From the human T2T-CHM13v2.0 reference genome, Homo sapiens, in the NCBI RefSeq assembly GCF_009914755.1, contig NC_060948.1: a stretch of DNA of 64,000 bases; one strand, written 5' to 3'. Positions within the stretch are counted from its first letter, which is position 1. Each line of letters begins with the position of its first letter. This document shows positions 14,110-31,710 of the stretch, in pieces. The translations under genes and the position numbers were made by a program. Below the pieces are notes generated by a model, which was not told where the DNA came from, searched no databases, and saw only the letters and a program-made list of their open reading frames with translations.

Positions 14110-14649
14110 TGTTACAGGAAAGGGGTCCGGATCCAGACGCCAAGACGGGGTTCTTGGATCTCGCTCCATAAAGAATTCAGGGCTAGTCTGTAAACTGAAA
14201 ACAAGTTTATTAGGAAAGTAAAGGAATAAAAGAATGGCTATTCCGCAGAGCAGCTCTTAGAGCTACTGCTTGCCCATTTTTATGGTTATTTCTTAGTGAT
14301 ATGCTAAGCAAGGCTTGGATTATTCATGCCTCCCCTTTTTAGACCATGCAGAGTTCCTGACATTGCCGTGGTATTTGTAATTGTCATGGTGCTGGTGGGA
14401 GGGTAACACTGAGGACAACCAGAGGCCACTCTCATCACCATCTGGGTTTTGGTGGGTTCTGGCCGGCTTCTTTACTACCACCTGTTTTATCAGCTAGGTC
14501 TTTATGACCTGTATCTTGTGCAGACCTTCAGTCTCATCCTGTGACTCAGAATGCCTTAATCATCTGGGAATGCAGCCCAGTAGGTTTCAGCCTTCTATTG
14601 CCCAGCCCCTATTCAAGATGGAGTCGCTCTGGTTCCAGTGCCTCTGACA
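14110..14649 (-). mobile_element. MER41 (A-like) solo LTR
   Basis: TG...CA termini, 4-bp TSD CAAG on both sides; reverse complement starts TGTCAGAGGCACTGGAACCAGAGCGACTCCATCTTGAATAGGGGCTGGG. Confidence 0.88.
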
Positions 14650-14910
14650 CAAGTAGCGCCCCTTAGGGAGGTTACAGGAGGGACTGGAAGGAAAGTGAGG
14701 TCTGGATCAGGGCCCTTCTGTGTAAATAAGATGATGTACATGCAGCAGCTGGGTATGTCCTGGGTAAAAATTAGTTAAATGCACAGACGACCCTGTTTCA
14801 TCCCCAGCCATCACCAGCTGGAAATGGGGCACATTCCCAAGATCCCAAAAACATTCTGCAAGGCTGGTGCGATGATTGCTACGAAGTACTTAAGAAAACA
14901 GATTATTGTT

Positions 14911-15050
14911 CAGGATCAATAGCTAATGCATGTGGGGCTTAATGCCTCTGTGACGGGTTGATGGGTGCAGCAAACCACCATGGCACATGTTTACCTATGT
15001 AACAAACCTGCACGTCCTGCACACGTATCCCGGAACTTAAAATAAAATAA
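14911..15050 (+). mobile_element. Short 5'-truncated L1PA 3' end
   Basis: gggtgcagcaaaccaccatggcacatgtttacctatgtaacaaacctgcacg...cttaaaataaaataaa; TSD aagaaaacagattattgtt / aagaagacagaatattgtt. Confidence 0.88.
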
Positions 15051-15689
15051 AGAAGACAGAATATTGTTAATGGTTAATATGCTGTAAATCATTATGATGA
15101 TTACTAAATTATCAATACAAAAGAAGATAATAGCAAGACGGCCATATTCCTAATAGAGGTTGACATTTTAGCAGCCCTACATTTCCACTGTATTTAATTA
15201 GTATTTGCCGTCCAATCCAGAGGGGCATGAAGGAGTACGAGACAAAATCAGGTCTTCTAACAGCTGAGAAGAAGCTGAGAACCAGAAGTGGAAACCCCAA
15301 AGGGCAGTGTATGAAATGTCATTTATTGAGGGGAAAAAAAAGAAAATGACAGAGTTCGATAGAAGAAATAAGCACTAGTGTTTACATAATCAGTAGGGTG
15401 ACTTTAGTTTACAATAATCTATTGTAGACTTCAAAATAGAAGAGTCGGAATGGTTCTAATATGAAGGAAAGACAAATATTTAAGGTGGATGGATATCCCA
15501 AGTAGGCTGATTTGATCTTTACAAATTATATAAATGTATTAAATTATTACATGTACCCTGAAGCTATGTACATCTGTTATGCATCAATTAAAAATAAATT
15601 AAAAGAAAAGGATATATGTCCAGGATATACACCAGCTAAGACAGTCTCTTCCAAGTCTATTGTACATTATTCCCTTATCAGATTTGAAA

Positions 15690-16455
15690 CCTGAGAGTTC
15701 CCTGACCCCCCCTCACAGGATGTGCAACAGGGGTGTGTTTGATCTGTTTGACCGCCACACACTGAAACCTCTTATGGGAGGCAGAACTTGCAGACGGGCA
15801 GGTGCAGCAGCTAGTGTGAGTGTTTTTGAGCTCTGGGCCCCACGGTAGCATCTAGGGATGGGTGCCTGCGACCCCCGAAGCCCTAGTGGGCGTTTTACGG
15901 TGCTCTTTTAGCTCTGCCATCCGCACGTGGCTTAAGTGTTAGCCAGCTCAGTGCCGTCTTGGTACCCGGGTTCTTGTCCAGCATCCAGGAAGAATCAGGT
16001 CACACGAACCAGCTGAAGGATGGTAAATGCAGAAGAGTTTGTTGCCAGATGGAGATGACTCTTAGCGGGATGGTTGGGGAGTTGGAAAGGGGATGGAGTG
16101 GGCAGATGATCTTCCCCTGGAGTTTGGTTGTCCTGCGGCTAATCTCTTCTCCAACCATCCCCAGCTGAACACCTCTCAGTGTTCAGATGTTCCTTCTCTT
16201 CTCTCCTTCTCTGCTGTGCTGCTCTTTGGTTCCTCACCTTTTCTGCTCATCTGTCTGTCTGCACATGGGGTCTGGGGTTTGGGGTTATATGGGTACAGGA
16301 CAGGCAGGCATGGTGGGTCAAAAGGCAACATTTGGGCACAAAAATAGGAATGCCTGTTTCCATTTAGGACTACAGGTTTCCAGGCTTGAGGGCGGGGCCT
16401 TTGCTGGGGAACTGCCCTCTTCTATCTAGTATCTTCAGGCCTCCTGTCCGTATCA
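15690..16455 (-). mobile_element. ERV1 solo LTR of the LTR1/LTR27/LTR28 group
   Basis: Reverse complement begins TGATACGGACAGGAGGC...AGAAGAGGGCAGTTCCCCAGCAAAGGCCCCGCCCTCAAGCCTGG. Confidence 0.65.
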
Positions 16456-17586
16456 ACATGACTTAAAATGTGTGTGCATTTGTATAGAGCTGTGTTTCTA
16501 TGTAAAGACTAAAAAAGACTTATGAAAAAGATCACTCAGAGCTCTGAACAGTAGCAAATCATATTTCTGAGTACTTCCTGTTGAGTAAAGGTAAGTGAGG
16601 ATTGTGCCAAGTATTTTTCATTACTTGCTGCATTAGGTTGTCACAGGCTGTTTAGTTTACTTCTAAAAATTGGGATATGGGGAAGTTGTGGGCCGGGCAC
16701 AGTGGCTCATGTTTGTAATCCCAGCAGTTTGGGAGGCCGAGTTGGGCAGATCACTTGAGGTCAGGAGTTTGAGACCAGCCTGGCCAACATGGCAGAACGC
16801 TGTTTCTACTAAAAATACAAAAATTAGCCAGGCATGGTGGGGGGTGTCTGTAATCCCAGCTATTCAGGAGGCTGAGACAGGAGAATCGCTTGAACCCAGG
16901 AGGCGGAGGTTGCAATCAGCTGAGATCATACCACTGCACTCCAGCCTGGGTGACAGAGTAAGACTCCATCTCAAAAAAAAAAAAAAAAAAGGAAAAAAAA
17001 GTTATGATGATCGCCTAAGGTGAGAAGCCATACCACGCCAGCGTACAGAACCCCAAACCACGCCAGCCTCATCCTACGTCTCAGTTATATTTTTCTTGAC
17101 TTGCTTCCATTCCGGTGCCCCCTCTCTCCCTGCCCCCTCCTTCCCTGCAAAGGATCTAGCAAATTTGTAGGTGTGGAAAGGGAACCACAAATGGGTCATT
17201 TCCCTGCCATTGTCACCTGGAGCGTGTAGCCATTTCGTGCAGTGATTCTCTGTCTTTGATGTGCAGGTCATCACCTTGAAGGGAGGAGGTATTAAAAGCG
17301 CCACCCAGTCCCCACCCACTGAGGTCTTTATTCAGCAGGTGTGGGTCAGGCATTTGGGAGCTGGGAGACCTGCATTTTAAGAAGCACCCCAGGTGATGCC
17401 CAAGCGGAGCTATGTGCTTCTTTTAAGAGATGATGACTCCGTGTGCAACCGTGTGGTTACCTTTGCGTGGAGTCTCATGGATCACTGCCACAGTGGGGAG
17501 GCAGCTCTGTGCTCTCCAATTCGGTGATGTGTCATTCACTCTATGCAGGCCCAAGGTGACACCCCCAGATACAGGTGCTGCCATCC

Positions 17587-18303
17587 AGCCATTCTCAACC
17601 AGGGATCATGTTTATCCACAGGGACACTTGTCGATATCTTGAGGCTTTGCGTTGCCACACTGATAGCAGGGATGCTGCTGGCATCTAGTGGGTGGAGCCC
17701 AGGGATGCTGGTCAACACCCTGCAGTGCACAGGACGCCCCACAGAAAAGAATGATCCAACCTCATATGTCAGTAGGACTGAGGCTGAGGAATCTTGCCTT
17801 AGCATGAGAGATCCTGTCTGTCTGTCTGCCTATCTCTAGATCTATCTATCGTCTACCATTATCCATCGACCTATCTGTCTCTATTATATACACCTATCAT
17901 CTACCTAATCTATCTGTCAATGATTTTCTGTCATCTATTATCTATCTATTTATCTATCTATCTTTCTACCTACTTCTCTATCCAACTCTCATCTCTATTA
18001 CCTATCTATGTATCTATGTATCTATCTATGTATCTATCCATCCATCTATCAATCTATCTATTTATCTAGCAGTCCATCATCTATCTATGACATTCTTCTG
18101 CTACCCTGGGATAACTGTGTTCCTCAAGTAACACTTGGCAATGTCTGGAAACAATTTTGGTAGTTGCACTGGGATGGGTGTTCTCGCATTCGGTGGGTGG
18201 AGACAAGGCATGTTGTTCAACACCTTACAGTGCACAGGACAGCACCCATGACAGAGAGTTACGCAGCCCCAAGTGTCATTAGTGCTGTAGTGGAGAACCT
18301 GCT
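17587..18303. repeat. Degenerate (TCTG/TCTA)n tract (17815-18090) flanked by two MER20-like elements
   Basis: TCTA-rich low complexity between ctggcatctagtgggtggagcccagggatgctg...gcacaggac and ttggcaatgtctggaaacaattttgg...gcacaggacagc. Confidence 0.8.
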
Positions 18304-18369
18304 GTTAGTTATAACTTCTAACCCTGCGAAAGGGGACAGGTTGGAAATGTCATGCTCCTGTACGCTGTA

Positions 18370-18452
18370 GGAGGTATAGTTGTCTGGAGGTATAGTTGTC
18401 TGGAGGTATAGTTGTCCTGTACAGTATAGGAGGTACGGTATAGTTGTCTGGG
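18370..18452. repeat. 16-bp tandem repeat GGAGGTATAGTTGTCT (3 copies plus a partial copy)
   Basis: Directly visible. Confidence 0.85.
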
Positions 18453-18859
18453 CATTTCTAAATGGATCTTACTGTCAGAATGCACTTGTAGGATCTTTTC
18501 CCCATAGGGCATAGAGCCATGGCACATATAACCCAGAAGCTGAGCATTCCATAGTTTCCTTCTTGGAGTAGGAAGGGGCTGTGCAGAAAAAGTCTATGGC
18601 TGTTTGGCACCTGAGTGTGAAGACATCTGGCAAATATTGGAGCCAATTAGCAGACAAGCACGGAGTCCAAGAAATGTCTCCCCTTTCTTGGATAACAACT
18701 GACCCTTCCTGTGAGGGCCCCCCTCATTCCAGCCATTTTCCTCTTTCTCATTGGCACACAGGGGGTAGAAAAGTGGGGTTCTGCCTGCAGGTGGGGCTCT
18801 GCCAGACACGGCAAAGCTCCTGGGGATTCCCCCGATGGATCAGGGGCCAGAGGCACCTA

Positions 18860-19185
<326 letters not shown>

Positions 19186-19337
19186 TTAAGGAAGAGTATT
19201 ATTGAGAGCGTAGGCCAGGCGCGTGATGTTGCTGAGATGAAACTGTCTCTCTAGATTCCCAAACCCTGGTTATCTCCACTGAACCAGGCTGTCCAATGGC
19301 ATCCCCATTGTAATTGACCATGTTCCATGGTTTAAAT

Positions 19338-20910
<1,573 letters not shown>

Positions 20911-21789
20911 AACTCTGGGAAGCCATTACCAAGTCTCTGTCCTGCAAAGTGAGATCCATGGATCTGCAGCCTTGACATCCCCTGGGAGCTGATGAGAAAC
21001 ACTGTGTCTTGGGCCCAGACAGACCTGCTGAAGCATAGTCTGTGTGTCACCCATGTCCTGAGGGATCCGTGTGCATGCCACTCTGGGAAGACGGGTTTAT
21101 AACACACCGTCAACCAGTGCCTCATTGCATGGTCTGCGGTATTTTCCTCGAGTTTTCCTTGCACCAAAGATGTCTTGCTTTTTGTGATGAATGATCATTC
21201 CTTCCTCTTCGACGACAAAATACTTCGATCTCTGCAGACACCGTCTGTTGGGTTACAGACAGACACTGAGGCCTGAATTCTCATTACCAATGTCTGCTCT
21301 AATAGAGCTTCAATCTGCAACTGCATAATATGGTCACTGGGAAGTCAAGAACGGGGCCAGTTGGTTGACCTTCTGGGGAGAGGCTGGGCTGCTTGGATGC
21401 TGAGACCGTGGAGGGTTCATGGGTTCCGAGGAGCAGATCATGCACCAGGGCGGCCTGCTCAGCTCTGGTGTCTGCAGCCCCGGTGAGCTTGAGCATTAGG
21501 GAGTCCCTGGATATTCATGTTGAGGTGTGGAGGAGGAGACTCCAGCTGTGTTTGATTTCCTGTCCTGCTGGAAATATAAACTTCTTAACCAATTAGAGAA
21601 CAGAATGGATTTCATCTTATCCATGGGGCTAAAGTAGAATTCAGCCCTTGGCAAACAAGCCCCCCGGGAATAAGATTCCCCATTGGGGCAGCAGCCTTCC
21701 TTGTCACTTTCTGTTGCAACCTGCGGTCCTAACCTAGTCATATGATTTAATTTTTTTTACTCTGTGAATCATGCCGTCCTGGGAGAGAG

Positions 21790-22882
<1,093 letters not shown>

Positions 22883-22884
22883 GG

Positions 22885-23433
22885 TAGTGGGAGGTGTTCG
22901 AACCAGGGCAACTCCAGGTTGAGTAGGGGCTGTGTAAAATGAGGCCGAGAGCTGCCGGGCTGCATTCCCAGATGGTCAAGGCATTCTAAGGCACAGGATG
23001 AGATAGGAGGTTGACACAAGAAACAAGTCATAAAGACCTTGCTGATGAAACAGCTTGCCGTAAAGAAGTCGGCCAAATTTTACCAAATCCAAGATGGCGA
23101 CGAGAGTGACCTCGGGTGGTCCTCACTGGTGTCTTCCCACCAGCACCATGACAGTTTACAAATGCCACGGCAATGTCAGGAAGTTACCCTATATGGTCTA
23201 AAAAGAGGAGGCATGAATGGGCCACTCCTTGTTTAGCATATCCTCAAGAAAGAACCATACAAATGGGCAACCAGTGGCCCTCGGGGCTGCTCCGTCTATG
23301 GAGGAGCCATTCTTTATTCCTCTGCTTTTCTAATAAACTTGCTTTCATTTTATGGACTCGCCGCAAATTCTTTCTTGTGCAAGGTCCAAGAACCCTGTCC
23401 TGGGGTCTGATTCCAGACCTCTTTCCGGTCACA
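22885..23433 (+). mobile_element. MER41 (A-like) solo LTR, inverted relative to the copy at 14110
   Basis: gaaccagggcaactccagg...gggctgcattcccagatggtcaaggcattctaag...ctaataaacttgctttc...ctttccggtcaca. Confidence 0.85.
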
Positions 23434-24371
23434 AGTTCAGTCACAAGAACCATTATCATATGCTTTCTATATATACACATAGGTATTTTTTAATTGCTGA
23501 ACTGGAGTCAAAGAGAAACCTTAGGATTTGCCTGAAGGAAGTCAAGATTTGTCCTTCTCGGGGTCCCTGTGCCAGCTTTGTAAAACCTCGGAACTTTCCC
23601 CTCTGTGGGCTTCCTCAAGCTGAGGAGGGCTCTATGGGCTTAGTACCCACTAAGTGGCTTCATCTGCAGCAGCTGACCCAAGAAAGTTGATTTAAATGAA
23701 CCCACACTTCAGAGGAAACCAGTACAATCCGATGTAAAGAAATAAAAAATAGGCCGGGGGCGGTGGCTCATGCCTGTAATTACAGCACTTTGGGAGGCCG
23801 AGGCGGGTGAATCACTTCATGCCAGGAGTTCAAGACCATCCTGGCCAACATGGTGAAACCCCGTCATTACTAAAAACACAAAAATTACCTGGGCGTAGTG
23901 GCATGCACCTGTAGTCCCAGCTACTCAGGAGACTGAGGCACTAGAAGCGCTCGAACCAGGGAGGCAGGGGTTGTAGTGAGCCGAGAGTGCGCCATTGCAC
24001 TGCAGCCTGGGCAACATAGTGAGATTCTTTATCCAAAAAAAAAAAAAAAAAAAAAAAAAAGGCTAGGCACGGCGGCTCATGCCTGTAATCTCCGCACTTT
24101 GGGAGGCCAAGGTGGGTGGATCACGAGGTCAGGAGTTTGAGACCAGGCTGGCCAACATGGTGAAACCCCATCTCTACTAAAAATAAAAAAAATTGGTTGG
24201 GCATAGTAGGGGGCGCCTGTAATCCCAGCTACTCAGGAGGCTGAGGCAGGCAGGAGAATCAATTGAACCTGGGGGGCAGAGGTTGCAGTGAACAGAGATT
24301 GCGCCATTGCACTGCAGCCTGGGCAACATAGTGAGGTTCTGTATGAGAGAAAGAGAGAAAGAGGGAGGGAG

Positions 24372-24403
24372 GGAAGGAAGGAAGGAAGGAAGGAAGGAAG
24401 GAA
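24372..24403 (+). repeat. (GGAA)8 microsatellite
   Basis: Eight perfect GGAA units at an Alu tail. Confidence 0.95.
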
Positions 24404-25080
24404 ACAATTGCTTGAAAGGGCTTTGTTTCACCAGGGCACGCAGATCAAAGGACATTGGATTGAATAATGAAACAGAAGAGCCTGTCTGAATTTACTAATG
24501 TGGTTGCACGTCCCGTAATGATTGCAGTTGGCTCTAATTCAGTTCCGTGGTGTATAAATTCTGCTGGCAATAGCTGTAATTGGGGTCAGGGATTTAGATA
24601 GTCTCTGTGTGTTCCTTTTCATTTTCTGCTCAGAGCCTGCTGGGAGCTGATTTTCTTCTTTAAAGCGAGGTAAATAATTCAGTGGGGAGCAGAGGTTTTG
24701 CTGTGGGTCCATTGCTCTCCTGTGCTGCGTGGCAGCTGTGCTGGTGGCAGCTAATATTCAGTGGGCAGTGGCCTCGACATTGCATTATTATTCGAGCAAT
24801 GGTACTGTTCTTTGCTTTGCAAAATTGCTGTTTGTTATATTGACTTTCTGGGGTCGTGGCCCCTGAAGCATTACTGAAAATCATGGACATGAAGCAGATT
24901 TATTAACTGGAGAAAAGACATACAAATGTATTTAATGTGTATACACGGGAGCATTCAGAATGAAGACCCCAAGTTACAAGGGGAGATTGTCTATATTTAT
25001 GCTTTGGTTCATCCAAGTCTGGACAGCTGTGTAGAAATAGGGTTGGACAAAAAGGGCCTGATCCAATGCTAATGGCCTGA

Positions 25081-25251
<171 letters not shown>

Positions 25252-25357
25252 TGAGTAGCTGGGATTACAGGCACGCACCACCACGCTCAGCTAAGTTTTG
25301 TATTTTTAGTAGAGACGGGGTTTCACCATGTTGGCCAGGATGGTCTCGATCTCTTGA

Positions 25358-25788
<431 letters not shown>

Positions 25789-28700
25789 TGATCCGCCTGC
25801 CTCGGCCTCCCAAAGTGCTGGGATTACAGGTGTGAGCCACCGCGCCCAGCCTGTGCCACTCTTTATACAGATAGGATAGAGGGAAAGTTAGATTCCTGTT
25901 TTTAGGTTTTATGGCTGGCTTCGGGGGGAAAGGCGTTCTTGTTTCTGGGACCCGTCTTGGGGAAGAGGGATTCTAGTTCCTTCGGTGCCTTAGGGGAGAA
26001 TGGGACTCAGAGACATGGGGGCTGGAGAAGTTCCGAGAGAAACTTCTGCTTCTGAGGCTGCTGCTGAGGCCTGCACTTGGCGGTATTGTTTCGTAAGCCT
26101 GAACCACGTGCAGGTCTGAATCAACATAAAGAATTTGGGTGGGAGGCAGGGGAACTCCAATAAGAAGCATCTTTGAATCCGGCAGGGGTGGAATTTGGGT
26201 CCCAGAGGGGTTTGGTGACTGCAGGCTACAGAAGAATGCTTCAAAGTGCTGTATCACATGGCTTTGCTCCGAAGGGTCCCGAGCACAGCTTTACCGGGGG
26301 CTCATGTGTAACGCTCGGCCCACCCATCCACCAACAGGAGCCACTTAATCGACATCTCCAGGATGCCAGCAACCGAGGACCGTTGTCATAGTCCCAGCAC
26401 AAAATGAGGCTGCTTTCTTCTTGGGGGTTTAGGGATCCCAGACCACAAGGATTTGATTAAAAGCCGCTCAGTTCACTAACTATAAGCAAAGCAAATCAGA
26501 AATAGATCTCCTGTTCCTGCCCCGTCTTATGTTCCCAGTGGAAAATAAACCCCGTGAAAGCAATGGCGTCATGTGCAACCCGACCTTGGAGACAGAGACC
26601 CCAGAGTTAGCGTTGTCTACCTGGGACATCTCCCAGCCCAGGGGTCTTACTCCAGACCCGTGAGGACCCCAGGCGTGGCTTTGCTGCAACTTCCCTGGAG
26701 AGGAGAGAGGACAGGGGGCCCTGCCTGGGAGATAGATTTGCTGCCTGGCATGCGGGACTGGAGACTGTCTCAGTGCCCAGGCCGTCTGATGCTGGCCGGA
26801 GTCCGCCTGGTTTATGTAACGAGGTCTGGATGTGACCAACAACGGCCTCGTGTGTGTGAGTCACGCGTGCAGCAACTTCTGGCTGTAGTGCAACCCCTGA
26901 AACCAAGCAAAGCCTAAAGCCCCCAGGCTCCACTTCCTCTGTGACCCTCCCCACCCCCAATTCCTGTCATCTCTCAGGGTCATCCGGAGCATCTCAAAGC
27001 TGAAGGAGCCTCCGCTGCAACCTGGCCTCCTGCTGCAGGATGAGACGAGCTGTCTGCAGCCCTCCCGTGCCACCTGCCTGTTTTATGCAACAGCATTTCA
27101 GAGAGGAGGGACTGGGAGGGGAGAGACAACACCGAGGCCTTTGGTTATTTAGGGCAACAGCAGGGAGTGGCCGGGTGCACAGATTGGAGGAGATTAAGTG
27201 GTTGCTGAGGGGATGCCTGGGATTGCTGGGATGGGCGGAGACATAACACAGTGAAAGATATTGGTCAACGGCGAACACAGATTGGAATGTAAATTCTCAG
27301 GGTGTGTGCATAGCCGGGACGCTTAACTTTGGCGTCCTGGACAGGTGTCTCGACTGGAACTGCTGGCAGCCTTGGAGGGGAGATGTTGCACAGATCCAAG
27401 AGGCTGACACGGTTCCTGTCCCCCAGCCCAGTCTGAGCAGCTTGGACCATGATGATCAAGAGCGCTGGAGGAGGCCAGGTGCGGTGGCTCACGCCTGTAA
27501 TCCCAGCACTTTGGGAGGCCAAGGCAGGTGGGTCACTTGAGGTCAGGAGTTCGAGACCAGCCTGGCCAACATGGTGAAACCCTGTCTCTACTGAAAATAC
27601 AAAAGTTAGCTGGGCGTGATGGCATGCACCTGTAATCCCAGTTACTCAGACGGCTGAGGCACAAGAATCGTTTGAACCCAGGAGGTGGGAGTTGCAGTGG
27701 GCTGAGATTGTGCCACTGCACTCCAGCCTAGGCGACAGAGAGAGACGCCATCTAAAAACAAAACAAACAAAAAGAAAACAACAATAAAGAAAAAATAAGA
27801 AGAGAGCTGGATGGAGCAAAGATTTGCTGGGTTGTTCTTAAAGGCGAGCCTGTAGTGATCGCTGGTAACAGAGAACGTCATCTGAGAGGGACGTGGGGGC
27901 TCCCAGAGTTTGAGAGAAACGGCCGTGTGGGATTTGACCTGTGATGGCACCGCCAGCTCCCAGCCTCCAGTCTGGGCCCAGGGGCAGCTGCTGTGTGCAC
28001 CCTGGGCTCAGAGTTCCCCTTCCCTCCAAGGTTTGTGACTTTGTCCTGACTTAGGGATTCCTGTCTGGGGATGCGTCTTCTGCTCCGGAGAGGCCCTAAT
28101 TGCCTCCACAAGGAGCGGCAAAGCCTGCCCGGGTGGCATCTGACTGGAGCCATGCCACAGCCTATACGAATCTATGTTGGAGCCCTTGAACCTTCCCCCA
28201 GAGCAAGCGTCACCGAGGCAGACCGATTTTTGGGAGGGAGACAGACATCAGAGCGGGGGAGACCCAGTACCTAGGGCTCACCTGGTTCCCCCAGGCTTAG
28301 CCTCCTCCAGGGCTTAGTGTTTGAGTGAGAGATTGTCCCCCCTGGACAATTCTGTAGATTCTGACTCTGCTCCTGCCTTGCCCTGAACTTCCCAGAACCT
28401 CAGTTTCTTCCTTTGGGAAATATGCATGCTGGTCATACCAACATCCTTGGGTGGGCAGATGAGACTCTTGGGTGCCTGGCATTACTGCAACAGAACTCAA
28501 TGCATAGTAAGTGCTGACTCAATGTGCTCCTGGCTGCATCCTCTACTTCCTGATAAATTCTCTGGTGGTGTTTTCTCTACAAGGCTAGTACTGGCAGGGG
28601 CAAGTGAGGAACAAGATCAAGGTGTGCATATATGTCAGCAAGAGGGACCCTTCACCCTCACAAATTCTGCAGTGTGTTTTTAATGATGTGTCCCAAAGAT

Positions 28701-29536
28701 GTGAATGTTCTCTTCTCTCTGCTGCAGACACATTCATTAGATTAACTGCTTTTGGATCAGGTAGGAACCTCAGCTTGTCCACACAGGTTGCTTCCTGACC
28801 CTGTATTTGTCAGTGTAGGCTAGCTGCTATAACAAACAGCCCCCAAAGAATTAAAAGTTTATCTCTTGTTTGTGTTGCAGCCAGGTGAGGTGGCAAAGGT
28901 GTCCTATGCTCCATATAGTCTCTCAGGCATCCAGGACCCTCACATTGTTGTGCTTCACCTTCTTCTAGGGCAGCCCCTCTCAACCTAGACTCTGTGCGTG
29001 TGTGGAGGGGTGGGGGGGGCGTTGGGGGGCGGGGATATGCCTGTCCTAAGCTGTGAGTGGGACAGTCCAGGAGAGAAGTCTATGTGCTTGGAGAGAGGCT
29101 TCCTTCAAAGTTTCCTGGCCATGAGCAGGAATGAAGCTCTGACACAGGTTGCAACGTGAACGCAACTCAAGAGCATCATGCTCAATGAAAGAAGCCAGGC
29201 ACAAAATACCACATATTGTAGAATTCTATTTATAAGAAATTTGCAGAACAGACAATTCATGGAGACAGAAAGTGGATAGTGGTTGTCAGGGGCTGGGGAG
29301 GCGGGAGGGGAACTAACTGCTGAATGGGGACAGGGGTCTTCTTTTGGGTGATGAGTATGCTCTGGGACTAGGTGGAGGTGGTGGTTGCATCTCCCATGTA
29401 GCTCATGGTCAGGTTAGTTTTAGTGCTCTGGGCGACCCTAGGCTTGCAGGAGGAGGGGAGCAGCATGAGGTGAGGAACAAGGGGGATTCTGGCCTTTCCA
29501 TCATGGGGTGACTTATGCCCTGTTTGCTCCCAATAG

Positions 29537-29578
29537 GTCAAAGAGACTTTGATTTGGCAGATGCCCTTGATGACCCTG
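29537..29578 (+). CDS. XG: XG exon 2 ((G)QRDFDLADALDDP)
   Basis: caatag|gtcaaagagac...gaccctg|gtaagt; 42 nt; continues the exon 1 frame and gives the CD99-family FDLADAL motif. Confidence 0.96.
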
Positions 29579-30000
29579 GTAAGTGCCGATATTTCAAGGG
29601 GAGCCTTCCCTTTTCAGCTTGGATCTAACAGCATCAGCTGTATAGTTACTTTGGGGTTGGATTGGGCCAGTGTTGGGAATTTCTTGGTCTTGAGATCTCT
29701 GTTCTTTGCAGGAGATTGCAGACACCTTGAGACAAACCTTTACACACTCTCTAAAAGTCTCAGACTCATTTCTTGGTAGGTCTGTGCTTCTAAACCTGTG
29801 GTTTAGGAATATGCTAGTATTTTATTATTTTATTTTACTTTATTTTGTTGAGATGGGAGTCTCGTTCTGATGCCCAGACTGGAGTGCAGTGGTGCAATCA
29901 TAGCTTACCACATAGCCTCGACTTCCTGGCTCAAGTGATCCTCCCACCTCAGCCTCCCAAGTAGCTGGAACAACAGGTGTGTGCCCCCATGCCAAGCTAA

Positions 30001-30390
<390 letters not shown>

Positions 30391-31169
30391 TGAGGACCTG
30401 GAATCTTCCCATTCTGTGTTTTCATCAGTCCAAGTTCAGCTAGAACCTTTCTGGCTGACCAGAATGCTGAAAATATGTGTCCTGGGCCCTGCAGAAAGTC
30501 CTGCTTGAGGCAGATAGTCTGATTGAGATTCAGGTGTATTCAGACCGCGGTGGGTGGGAGAAAGGGAAAGATTTGGTTTCTGATGCAGGCACAATGGAAC
30601 CAAACATTTATTTTGAAAGAAAAATAAACTTTTGTGTACACAGAGGAAGAATCCATTGGGCTTTAGCATTGGGAACAACTGGTTGACCAGTGCAGTTACA
30701 TAATGGTGTTTGTTGGAGGAAGAGAGAATGATAACCAGATCTGATCCTAAAAAGCCAACAACAAGATGATAGGAACTCATCTCTCTCCCAGTTTTCTGCA
30801 CACAGTGATGTTTTTGCTAATAATTATCCTAAAAGGCAGATACAAAATTGTTGTCAGTGCAACAGGAAAATGTAATGACTCACCCCAACATGGAGATGCC
30901 ATTTCTCCCATGAAGTTAGAAAAGGTGAAGGTTGAATCCTACCCTGTCAAGGCAGATTGAGGGGTGGGGGTTAGAGGCAGGTGTGTGGTTGCAACCACTT
31001 TGGAAGCATTGGGGGATTATCTCCAAAATTCAGACTGAGTGTGTTGCACCAGCGTTTGGTCTGGATAAAGAATGAGGCATATCTGCAAGAGAACCCTGTG
31101 CAATAGTGAAGGAGGGGCTGGCTGGTAGGCTCAGATACAGAACAAGACATGTTATTGATCTGAAAGATC

Positions 31170-31710
31170 ACTGACATGTGACCCAGGAGTTCCACTTCTA
31201 GACAGATACCCAAGAGAATTGGGAGCAGGGACTCAAACAGTTATTTGTGTACCCATGTTTGCAGCAGCAATATTCACAATAAGCCAAAGGTGGAAACAAC
31301 CCAACTGTCCATCAGGGGATGAATGAATGAACAGAATGTGGTCCCTCCAGGCAACAGAATATGATTTGGCTGTAAAAAGGAAGGGGGTTCTGATGCGTGC
31401 TACATGAGCCTTGAAACTGTGCTCAGTGAAACAAGCCAGGCACAAAAGGCCACAGGGTGTAGGATCCCATTAATATGAAATGTCCAGAATAGGCAAATTC
31501 AGAGAGACAGAAAGTGGATTAGCGATTGTTGGGCTGGAAGAGGGGACAAAAGGGAGGGACTGCTCGTGGCTATGGGGTCTCCTTTTGGGGGGATGAAACT
31601 GTTCTGGAACTAGATACAGGTGGTGATTGTACAATATTGTGAATATATGAAACACCATTGAATTGCACACTTTAAAATGTCAAATTTTATATGTGAGTTT
31701 CACATTAATT
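31170..31710 (+). mobile_element. Old L1M (L1MB-like) 3' fragment; similar fragments at ~29130-29390, ~33720-34490, ~41450-41810 and ~47880-48200
   Basis: gcagcaatattcacaataagccaaaggtggaaacaacccaactgtccatca...gaaatgtccagaataggcaaattcagagagacagaaag...tgaattgcacactttaaa. Confidence 0.8.

Noticed and set aside
26000-28800. Overlapping 70-120 aa ORFs in GC-richer XG intron 1
   Set aside because: No recognisable domain or exon structure; expected by chance at this composition.
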